A DNA stretch of 64,000 nt. It comes from Chrysomallon squamiferum (Eukaryota; Animalia; Mollusca). Made by a program: the position numbers and the translations under genes. The stretch spans positions 10,354,001 through 10,418,000 of the forward strand of contig CM022669.1 of the NCBI GenBank assembly GCA_012295275.1. The letters run 5' to 3'. The notes beneath the pieces were generated by a model that saw only the letters and a program-made list of their open reading frames with translations, was not told the origin of the DNA and ran no database searches. Shown piece after piece: positions 39,601-49,900 of the stretch. How positions within the stretch are numbered: position 1 is the first letter of the stretch; each line of letters opens with the position of its first letter.

Positions 39601-41379
39601 TGGAAGCTTGTTTTTATTAGCTATTGCTGGTAAAATAACTTTCATGGGCATCTTACTTTTCTGAACAGATGATGTAGTTTTAGTAGTAGCACTTTTCTTA
39701 CTAGAAGATTCCTTGATGATACTGCAAGATTTTCCTGAATTTGAAGGTGGTGAAGTCACTTCTGTTTTAACATTTTTATGAACTACTAGTGATGGAAGAT
39801 TGTTAGTTGGACTAGAATTGTTTGAATTGGAAGACTGGTGTGGAATGTGAACAGACTTTTCATAATCTGTATCAATTGGTTCACTTTTAATGTTTTTAGA
39901 AACATCAATTGTTTCATTTGTACTGGATGGTGGTTCTGATGCCATATTCTTATCCTGTGGTCCACATTTATTTGATTTGTCTTCTGATGTTAGACTTGAT
40001 GTAGAACAAAGACTTTCAGAATTCACCCTTGAAACTGATTCAAAAGAATCTGTTACATTCTTTTCCTGATTAGACTGTAATATATTATCATGTTCAGATA
40101 ATCTTGTTTTTTCTGTTGAATCTTCTGCACATGTAGAAAGACATTGTTCTTTTGATATTACTTCTGAAGAAAGGTTAGTTGATCCTTTAACCTGTCCAGT
40201 GGAATTGTCTTCATTTGAAGTAATATTAGTACTATTAACACTCAGCTTATTCAGTGATGTACCATTACAGTTCTCAGACTGTTTTGTCTTGTATTCATCA
40301 CTTTGTACTTTTTCCAAATTAGCAGTATTAACATTTACTGAATTAATACTTTTCCTGTTGGATTCCTCACCTTTTAAAAAAGTAGGCATTTCATCACATA
40401 TCATTTCTTCATGCACCTCTGTTTGTTTTGAAGAGCATGAATCAACTACTGATTCATACTGATCTGTTGATGATGAGAGATTTATATTTGTCACGGTCTG
40501 TACCTTCTCACTTGTTTCACTGTTCTTTATACTATCAGTCAGTATGACTTGACTATTAATATGATCGCCTGTGATATTTTCATCTGAAGTATTTAAACCG
40601 TTCTTATTGTTTGCAAGCTTCAAATCTTCTCCAAGGTCGTCACCTGACTCATAATTTTTTTCATCTCTAGATTCAGGATACCCAGGTGCTACCTGTGTTA
40701 CTCGTTCAACATCTTTTGATAGGGAGGAATAATTGTGTTCAAAATTACTGCTGCTGCTACTTCTGTCTAGTTCATAATTACTGCCATTTTTATCTTGTTC
40801 ATTATCACTACTATTATCCAACAAACTGATTTGTACATCATCATCTCTGCTTTCTTCATTTTCACTTAGGCATGTCATCTCTACATCAGCCATGTCACCA
40901 TTCTCGTTCTTCCCACAAACAGTGTCACTCAGAGGGTTTTCTTTCTCTCCTTTTGATGAACTGTCTGCCATTTTTACATCTGCCATGTTTCCATCACTAC
41001 CAGAAGAATTTTTACTTATTCTGATTGGGTTTTCTTCTGCATTGGACAGTTCCTCTGGATTACCTTCTACATTGGAACTGCTTATTCTGTCCTCATTTTC
41101 CATCCTGCTACATTCTTCTTTCTCCATGTCCATACTCTGTCCATCCATATTATTTGCTTTATCCTCAGTGTGCCTAATGTTTTCTAGTGTGTTGTTGTAA
41201 ACTTTATTATCTTTAAATATATTGTTGTGCACCAGTTTTGACCTAGGTGTTTCTGCAGACTGCCCTGTGGCCTCTGAAAGATGTTCCAATTCACAACCAG
41301 GCAGCAGTTTTGGTTTAGGCAGATTATTAAAGTCATCCTCCTTTTCACGCAGTGATGAAGTTGGATTTAGATCATCCAT
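36607..41379 (-). CDS. ZNF532/ZNF592/ZNF687-family multi-C2H2 zinc-finger protein, 1590 aa, one coding exon
   Basis: Uninterrupted ORF with a long acidic/Ser-rich N-terminal half. Family-typical fingers follow: YLCTECGDSFLVEASLKHHFARCS...CKACKIKLLFTNKCSLLKHLRCH, CFMFLPTSCSLHAHRRIH...PHVCPECG, FSCAKCEFST...QCPQCGLCF...SLKRHLFLVHK, and terminal CFVCNRVFETEAEKKFHMRTHGMAFI. An acceptor (ttatcatttcag) lies 9 nt before the ATG, so the exon starts at 41388. Probably co-orthologous to the three vertebrate paralogs, so no single symbol is given. Confidence 0.93.
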   Translation of the reverse strand: MDDLNPTSSLREKEDDFNNLPKPKLLPGCELEHLSEATGQSAETPRSKLVHNNIFKDNKVYNNTLENIRHTEDKANNMDGQSMDMEKEECSRMENEDRISSSNVEGNPEELSNAEENPIRISKNSSGSDGNMADVKMADSSSKGEKENPLSDTVCGKNENGDMADVEMTCLSENEESRDDDVQISLLDNSSDNEQDKNGSNYELDRSSSSSNFEHNYSSLSKDVERVTQVAPGYPESRDEKNYESGDDLGEDLKLANNKNGLNTSDENITGDHINSQVILTDSIKNSETSEKVQTVTNINLSSSTDQYESVVDSCSSKQTEVHEEMICDEMPTFLKGEESNRKSINSVNVNTANLEKVQSDEYKTKQSENCNGTSLNKLSVNSTNITSNEDNSTGQVKGSTNLSSEVISKEQCLSTCAEDSTEKTRLSEHDNILQSNQEKNVTDSFESVSRVNSESLCSTSSLTSEDKSNKCGPQDKNMASEPPSSTNETIDVSKNIKSEPIDTDYEKSVHIPHQSSNSNNSSPTNNLPSLVVHKNVKTEVTSPPSNSGKSCSIIKESSSKKSATTKTTSSVQKSKMPMKVILPAIANKNKLPITIVNSDPSMPCSYLIPVNTSLTSVSQYSTFITSTSNGKTILKQVSVVPKPKDSKNKRQQAKAVTPTVTIVPQMRNVPNTFKIKIPVKTTTKTTTTSTKTANAAKPSTNITSLQSIFDNSKETVDFRIKSLDIAGISELIQRKNLENVYKPPTPPIKSQSLSMTYLCTECGDSFLVEASLKHHFARCSMVIQYFCKACKIKLLFTNKCSLLKHLRCHSNSPDLLSRAALQIKADNISVLSLLEGNMPKIEKLSSAMIEIDPKRTTIVKPKNDNPCPECGVETHLNISHHFGSLGVICNFKNMCKDCFMFLPTSCSLHAHRRIHKYEQPHVCPECGITFGCVDSFKTHITEVCFHFNRIPVYICPVCNVYVWKASSLKQHFVLEHQGIFYRDKRCHAVFPSYEQYIEHRDKVHTGNSRNLQVYFYCHICKGTMLLKLLLNHMYSHINKVKHNIPFGYICITCRDEKQVSRIFFAKNDLLKHLELHKKGETVPCPKCHMMFVSDSELEQHQTENHKNSEENVCKYCRIAVTDMEFHLKHCEFGHVVDLFENCVGPDCSKIKEVDHMKEFFIVLNTLNHTSSSCKITNFGDNIKKTGLVCTFCNTGGYKNDKELARHISTHVKDRVFICNKCQRKDFKTFGDMKSHQIVCGLDWNCSDDIMMVSAEEFSCIDCDKYFRDKVTLDKHRKEEHAFYPCILCGLTYSTDIDLEQHMNSVHRCKKLVSLSCSLCKGKKGKGKTFMRREFYDSHMATIHGVVKPVDAVSLLKRKRESNDAVLPLKRLKVSEGDQFSCAKCEFSTSDSDSFTKHIAKHKRNESSIQCPQCGLCFSVVPSLKRHLFLVHKIKDADQFIKDSNIVIPEEEDISIYSMEEPSTYTDSSNKHKSPDQASDNPKECFVCNRVFETEAEKKFHMRTHGMAFISSRRRQLTRSLDVTSKIETDVVKSEQNLPATPEKCDVQSNNKSSPISVTKSVRLSDKSKILQPSNQPVVTVERMEIKMKK

Positions 41380-42296
41380 ATCTTTAATCTGAAATGATAA
41401 TTGAAATTAATAAAACAACCAGATATCTTTGTCTTAGTGTTGCCTTACATTAAAATAAAATTCATAATATGTTTTATATTATGCAAGTCAATAATAAATG
41501 AGTTACCTATTTTGGTACCAAAACAATGATTTAATAGTTTATAGAACATAATAAATTTAATGCAAAATATGTTATTTGGCAGGGATAGCAAAATGAAAGT
41601 GAACAGAAGATTCCCAACAGATACTGAAATTATTAAAAAATCTGTTCCACAGATTTATCAAAATCACTTGTTAACTACAATTAAATGTACAATTATATGT
41701 AACAGAAGTTTGAAATAGTACACAGTGTTATAACATCATTATTTTAATAAAATAAGAATCAAAAAGGATTATAATTAAAACTTATGCAAGATATCTGAAT
41801 TAATTGTATTTATCAGTTTTTTAATTCATCATAAAAAGATAATAAGATCAAATAAATATGAAAGCTAAGATAAAAATCTAGAGTGTTTACAGTTTTGAAA
41901 TTTGTTTTCAAATAATTCACTAAGAATAAAAATATTTCATTTTTCATATTTTATCATAGCAACATACCTATTTGAATTATAAAAACTATTACCACAAATC
42001 ATATCATGTTGAAAGAATAAATGTTGTGTTCAGCTGATGAAAATAAGAAATATCCTGCTAGAAACAAACTCTGTTTATTGTGTGCATGTACCATACACAA
42101 TGACAGGAAGTAAATCTCTATTAACTCAAGGGAAATAACTCTTCAATACACAAATTATCAGCTGTATTATTAATGTTCATTGAAATGAAGGGGGAAAAAG
42201 AAAACAAAAATAATACATGGTAAAATTTGATTAACTGAATAAATCAGTAAAAAAATAAATGAAATAGATCTCTGTGTATGAATGTGTTAGTGTTTA

Positions 42297-42329
<33 letters not shown>

Positions 42330-44422
42330 TGTTAGGGGTGAAGGTATGGGTGTGACTGTATCACAGGGCAGGTATATTATTAATTATTTAGACCAATGAA
42401 GCAATTATAGATAAAACTGTTTAATAAAAAAATCATTATTTTTCATTATTTCTATTATTTACATAAAATCTTTACAGTATTTGTTCTGATAAATTAACCT
42501 AATTTTTTTTTATTACACAAAGCATCTTATTTACATCATAACAACAGCAGTTAATCATACAATTTAATTCTAACTAGATAAAACTTACTGTGAAATTAAA
42601 TCAGCATTTTAGTGTCAATGAGTTATTCTAGAAATTACCTAATCAAAAGTTACATAATCAGTGTTCAGTTGAATGTAATACAAGCACTTTTAAAAAAAAT
42701 AATTACTTATTTAAATAAAATCATAAATTATTCATACATTTACAGAATATTAATTGATGTTCAATAATACTAGCAATTTGATTGAGAATACAGTGCAAGC
42801 CTATAATTTCTATAATTTCACTACCGGTTTTTTATATATAAAATATTACTGATATTAATATACCTCAAATTAAAAGCAGCATTATTCTGAATTTGTGAGT
42901 GACATACACCTGTGACAGATACTCTGAAAAACAGAAAATGAGTTGTCTGCAGTTGCTAACAAAAAGGAAGCAGTTTCTAAACAGATATTATGCAGAGACC
43001 TCATGTGGGCAAATACTTATCAAAGGGAAGTAATTAGGATCTTCTATACAACTGATAACATGCATTTTGACCTCTTGTTATTTATACATTTATTATTAGA
43101 TAAATGTGTGTATAAGGTTTGATACTCCTTAAATGCTGTTTCAAAAATGTAACTAATGCAATGGGCAGAAAAACAATGACAAATATGTGTTAGAAAAACT
43201 AGTAATACTATGAAAAATAAATAAATTACAAAACCAAATGATCATAAGCATTAAATGTAATGTTAAAGACCTGTTACTTTCAAAAATGAATTTGAAACTG
43301 TTACATTCTAAAATCATTTTGAAACATATTATTATTTATTGTTAAAAATATGTTGACAGATTATTATCATATGATTTTGTTGTTTTTAAACTGGTTATGA
43401 TTTTACTCCATTTTATCATTAACATATATTATGCTATTTTTTAAACACCTACAAACTGATGTTTTCTTTCTGTTATGGTGTACTAATAAAAATTATTTTA
43501 ACAATTATGTAAGTTAACTATTAATGTATGCTTAAGATTTTATTAACTAGATAATTATGTAATGTAACTACCAGTATATACTTAACGAATAATGAATATT
43601 CAACACCAACATCAGTTATACATACATTAAAAACAACCATTTAACAGTGAATAATACAGGTTTGTAACTAACCCAGATTTGCAAAATTTCAACTTTATTA
43701 AACCATCACTATTCTAAACATGATAATTAACCTAAACTGCATAACTACAGCACATAACATTTCACTTGTTCTGGCTATGATCAGCAACTAAAGGAAATAT
43801 TTTATAAAGCACTGTGGGCTTTAACAGGCCAAGTAAAATAGGTCATGTTGCTATAGTTACTGATCGACCTTGGAAAAGATCTAGGTACCAAAAGCACCAC
43901 TAAACATTTAAGAAAGTGGAAAATAATATAAAGAATGGGAGATAAAAACGTTGATAACAAGTTATTTTCTTAACAGATCTGCCTGTATGAATTTTGTTAA
44001 AAAGAGCAATTTAAAAAATAATTGAAAAGGAAATGTAATTAGTGTGATTATGTGAATAAGCAAAAGGTGTAGGACTATGCTCTGTTATATGATGATGAAC
44101 ATTTGTGTAATTACATCTACTGTTTATTTATAAGTTATTGAAGAATGAAGATTAATGAATTTTTTTAAAGTTATGTTAAGCTAAAATGAATAGCTCTTAT
44201 TGCTCTTCGTTGTTAAGTTTAATAGCAATTTTTTTTTTTTTTTTCCCAGGCAATCCTTAAAAGAGGTGCCCCATTTATTTATAAACCTACATATATACAC
44301 TTAACTGGGTCTCTTTGAACAATAAAATTATATGTGTACACTATAAATTGTGTTACGCATTAAATCTATATTTCATGTAAAAATGTTTACAAAATATAAC
44401 AACAACAACACCAACAACAACA

Positions 44423-44423
<1 letters not shown>

Positions 44424-44494
<71 letters not shown>

Positions 44495-44504
44495 TAATAA
44501 ATAA
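44424..44504. repeat. (AAT)n microsatellite, preceded by (AAC)n
   Basis: Directly visible. Confidence 0.95.
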
Positions 44505-46479
44505 TACAAGACCTTATTCATAAAAAAACCATTTATAAACATTTCAAGATCAAGAAAAAAAAAAAACCCAAAAACATGGTAAATAATATATGTATTGTGC
44601 CAATGGATTTTTAAAAATTCCTGTTTACTTTTTGGCTAGGCTTGCCATTGATGTTCCAGTCTGTATTGGACTATGACATAAACATCTAAAACCAATTAAC
44701 AATTTTTTTAAATGTCTAGTTTACAAATAATTTAACTAAATATACCAAAACCAATATACTGTAATAGATAACATAACCTCTTCTATAAAATATTCTATGC
44801 AGTCAAAAACACAATTCTTCAGCATTATTAAAATTTCTTCATTACTTTGATTGTTTATCTATGCACACAAATACACAAAATTTTCTTTAACACTGCTAAA
44901 GTTAATTTTATTAATATGTTTCAGTGATTTCACATTTTAGTGTCCAACAATTCATTTTTATTTCTGTGTTTTATTTTGATTTTGAATATTAATTAATTAT
45001 TTGTCAAGAATTTGAACACATGATTAAGAACACATACATTATGTCAAACATTTCAGAAAGTCAACTAGGTTATGTCAAAATTGATTTATTATCCTGTAAT
45101 TTTTTTAATTTAACACTTTTTTTAACCAGAGCTACGAATTTTATTTTGTGAACTATGGAGAATTTACTTGTGTAATATCCAATACATTATGACCAATCAA
45201 AGTAAATATGTGTGTGTGTTTGTGTGTGTGTGTGTTATATATATAAAATAAGTAAATAATAATAGCAATAATAATAACAATAATGATGATGATGATAATG
45301 GTGATGATGATGATAATGGTGATGATGATGATGACAATAACTGTATTAAATTAAAAACAGTTAATAACACCCCCACTCCTTTTTAATATTAACAGATGCC
45401 ATATATCAGTCATAAGTAATTATAATATAAGAATGAAAATCTAAAGCCACCAAGCCCTGTGTTAGCTGTTCTCTGGAGAATGTTTTTATGTGTATCTGGC
45501 GAGTAGATGAAATCACATACCACAACATTCAATAAATCTACCACAGTGCGCTACCTGAAATTGAAGTTAGATTGACAAGAGCTACTATTTGGAATGAAAC
45601 TCCTGGTGAGAAGATGCCTGGAAATCAGAGCATAGCTTTGGAACATAGAAGAAAATCAAGAAATGAAACATACCAGGAATTCAAAAGTGATTTTAATAAC
45701 ACATCTGATTATTATATTTCAAGCAAGATTATGAAACCAAGTATAAAATGAAATAATTAAAACAAAAAGGAACTTAAATAATTATCGGCCTTATAGGTTT
45801 TTTTTCCAATTCTGCAATACTGCAAGCATTCAGAGAAAAATTGTCATTTTGAGAAATATTCTGGATTTTATTAGAATTTAACTCCTTGATTAACACTTTG
45901 AATTTTGATATCAAGAAAACTGGAAAAAAGACAATATTTTTAAAAATTAATCTGAAATGATAACCAATGGTAACTTTTTGAATACAGTTTCATGAATAAC
46001 TTTAATAGCTCATATAGAATAATATGGATTTCAAGATATATTTCTAATATTATAATTTTTATTTAGATTTTATAGAAAAATAAAAACATATCAAAGATTT
46101 ATTTTTTGATGCGCATATTATATCATATTAATTAAATATTGGCTATAAAAAATAAATCACTTTTGTTAACTATGTGCATCTGATATTTGTGTATTTTCTA
46201 AATGTAATTCTGTTAATTCAATATTAATTAGCATCTTTCCTAACACTGCGGATTATTTCAAATCAAAAGTTATCCGCAGTTCATTATACAATATTTTTAA
46301 TAAATAAAAATTGATGAAATAGCTTAGTTTCATAATCAGCTGATTAATTTGAAATGTTAAAATTATTCAATATGGCTGACAATAATGGAATACACATTAT
46401 GTTCTCTGTGCCATATGAGAAAATTACAAATTCAATTAAAATCATTGCTATTATATATTTACAAACATATGTATGTTAC

Positions 46480-46600
46480 CTTGCAAGTTAATATGTGTTG
46501 CAGCAATTAAATCTACACATTCAACAGTCGTTCTTGCTTTTGTCTTATTGTTTTGTACACATTAATAAAAATCGGAAAACTGACACTCTTGTACACGGAA
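46480..46600 (-). other. Candidate non-coding first exon of the zinc-finger gene
   Basis: Minus-strand donor AAG|GTAACA at 46480/46479, next to the CpG-enriched promoter zone. The acceptor at 41388 requires an upstream exon. The 5' boundary is approximate. Confidence 0.45.
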
Positions 46601-46915
46601 GCAGAAAACCCCAACTTTAATGCACATTACCCATGATGCGTCAGTGGCAACATGGCCTCAACCACATGTATCGACGATCAGTTTAAGCATGTGAAAACAA
46701 TAGTTCGTTTTCTGCAAAAAAAAGCATTAGTCTGAGAGCAGTTTAATAGCGTTTTAAAAGTATAGTAGTAAGTGCATTAAAACAACGCATCGGCCTGTTA
46801 TGATTATACTGCATAAACGTTTTAACGTTTTTGTTTATGTTTCGCGGCTAAAAATAGACTCATTGAATGGTTTGAGCGTCTTGTTCGTTTCGACTGTTAT
46901 AAAAGCACAGAAAGC
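46560..46915. promoter_or_regulatory. Candidate bidirectional promoter for the zinc-finger and JmjC genes
   Basis: CpG-enriched patch with CGGAAG (ETS/GABP-like, 46596), TTACCCATGATGCG (Staf/ZNF143-like, 46627), TCAGT (Inr-like, 46641) and AACATGGC (YY1-like, 46649). Confidence 0.55.
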
Positions 46916-49900
46916 ATGCAGGTGTTTTATTGTGTTACAGTTATTGTTTTGTATGTGTGTTCGGACACCGGTTTTGTAATCTGTAAGAAAAAGGACCTAC
47001 CAGGTCATGAAAAACCTTTGGGATCTCATATGTCACCATTGGGCATAACTGTGATTGGGAAATTCTCTACACCTGGAGTTTTCTATGAACATTTTGTAAA
47101 AGTGGGCATGCCAATTTTAATGAAACAACCATTGATTAATTCAAAATATCCACCATTCTCAAAATGGAATGATAATTATCTCAGGTATTTGTTATAATTT
47201 TTTTTTACTAATTTCACTTCCTTTGTTCTTTTTAATGTTATTTTTTTTAAATAAACTTAAATCATAAATGTAAATAACTTGTAAATTTTAAAATTGTTTT
47301 ATGTTTATATGAATATTAGTAATTAGTGTATTGGCCATGTATATTATAATCTGTTTATAATTGATTAAAATGTTTAAATAGTTAATAATTAGCAGAATAT
47401 TTGCATTTTATGTTTTATATTTTGTCACACAATGTGTGAATATGTGTGTGTGAAAATGTAAAATGAATACACTAACATTATGTGTGACATAAGTTTTTAA
47501 GTTCAATTCCTATTCTATCTTTTTATTGTTATTTTATAAGCAAAGCCACAACAGTATTTAAATTCTACAGACAACTGGCAACTGCAGTATTTGAAATACC
47601 GTAACTGTTTCCATAAAACTTATTCATCAATACAGCTGTGATGAAATTTGTTTTCAATTACTACTAAATGAACTGTAAATTGCAGTTATATATTTATTAA
47701 ATGTCTGTGTTTAAGTCATTTCATCAATAAATCTAAAATTATTAGTTTATCAGTTGTCTATCTACATTAAAATTGCACCTGTAGCTCACATTGGTATTAT
47801 GCCTCAGTTCAAACATCTGATGTACTTTTTTAAATAACTTTATCATAATAGAATTGGCACTGAGGGTATGCACCATGCTTTAGATATGCCATACCCCTTT
47901 GTTAATATTAATTTCATCATTGTCAAGCCATCTGAATTTTATAAGACTATTAAACAATTTTTGCCATAACACATTAGACCTGGGCTTTAACTAGTATTAA
48001 TCCAGACTTAGAACGATAAGTATATCTTTATGTATTTAATATTTTAATACTTTTTTATTGTTGCTTCAAGAATATTATAATATAAATATGTGTTACTTTT
48101 AATTCATCTTTATAATGTATGATATGTATTATTTTTTGTAGTGAAAACTATGGAGGTGTTTCAGTATCCGTGGAAATGTCGAAGAAGGAAAAAAGAAACA
48201 AAAAGCCAACATCCATGATACTTGATGATTTCCTCGACATATACAAACATCAAGATGTTTACATGGTTCAGCGTGTTAACAAGGAGATGATGGGTAAAAA
48301 AAAAAATCACATTTTTCAATATTGTATTTCTAGTTTAATAAATTCTGAGCATGTAAATTCAGTGTTCAGAAAGGTAGGTTTACAATATTTGGTAAGATAA
48401 CATTAAAAACAGATGGTGTCCATTTAGTGTCATTTATAAACTGTCTGTTTTGTGGAACACATTAATAATGCCAAAGAAAATCTTATATCTTATATCTTAT
48501 ACATCACAATGATCTACCAGTATCTTTTAAAAGCAATACCACATATGAGAAAATACAGTACTTGCGATGTAATCCAAAAGCTGTACGAGAAGGACTGATC
48601 CAATAAAGTGTAATTTCCCACAATATAATTTGAATTATTATAGTTTATACAGATAAACAAAACCCATGTTTGTATGATTAGCAAAATTAATTTATAATAT
48701 AATTATGATTGTGTTACAATCATAACAATAATTCTTATAACTAATTCAGAATTTGTATATTAAAATTTGGAAATAATGAGATTTAAGATATATTACAAAA
48801 ATAAAATACTACATCTTAATGCTTATTAAATACATAAATAAATAAACAAGCATTAAGATGTACTACTGTATTTTGAAACCATAATGGCAACCAAAATATG
48901 TAACTAATAAAACTGCATTTATGTTCAAGGATATCTATAGATACCCTTGAACATAAATGCAGTCTATATTATATTATCTATATTATCTATATTATAGATA
49001 ATAAAATTCTTTAAATTTCACATCTCTTAAACCTGTAATTCTTACTAATACTTACAATATCATTAATAAATTCTTTAAAAAGTCTGTTGTTTTATTTTCA
49101 GATGATGTTCACATTCCTATAACTCTGCAGTGTGGTGGCTTTCAGAACGTCATAAATGATGCAGTGATATGGTTTAGTGGCGGCAGCACTCGTTCTGTGC
49201 TTCATTACGACGTCCTTGACAACCTGCTCTGTCTTCTGGATGGAAAGAAAGAAGTCCTGCTGATAAATAAGGTAATATTTTTAACATATAGCTTAACAGA
49301 GTATAGCTCTTAATTTGTGATTCATTTTGGGTATGAATGTTATTATTAAATAATGTTCATATAGAGATTTAAAGAAAATTTAATGTAGATATTGTAATAT
49401 TTTATTGTATCAGTAATGTTTTTTTTCAAAAAGTATCTAAATCAACTGATGGCTAATTGTATATTTTGGTAGTTGGTATCTTTATTTTGATTTGTAAGGT
49501 TGTTTTTTGTTGTTTTTTTTTTTTTTTGTGGTTAAAAAAATTACAAGAAATAGCCAAAAGTCTTTGTTAAATCATTTATGTATGTTAATCAGTCAGATAT
49601 ATTCTTGGTATCTCACAGGAAGAAAATGGCAGTGTTGCTTTTTATTAGTTACTAGAATCAGTTTTTAACAGTGATTAAATTTGATCTGATCAAAACAGTT
49701 ACATGTTTTCAATCATGTAATTCAGTTTAGTGTTTTCTGTAAACAAATTTTAAACATTAATTAAATTTTCAAATTCCATTTTAATATTACATAATAATTT
49801 TAAAAAGATATCACATGGAAGTTTAATTTAATAGTTAATGGTAATGTTTAAACTTTGCTGTGATGAAACGTGAACAAAGACCCAGTATTGCTAACACCAG

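Noticed and set aside
36500-41200. Several plus-strand ORFs opposite the zinc-finger CDS
   Set aside because: Short antisense shadows of the real ORF, with no motifs or splice support.
46245-46280. 9-bp inverted repeat ACTGCGGAT...ATCCGCAGT as a terminator or operator
   Set aside because: Eukaryotic context and short arms; no function can be supported.
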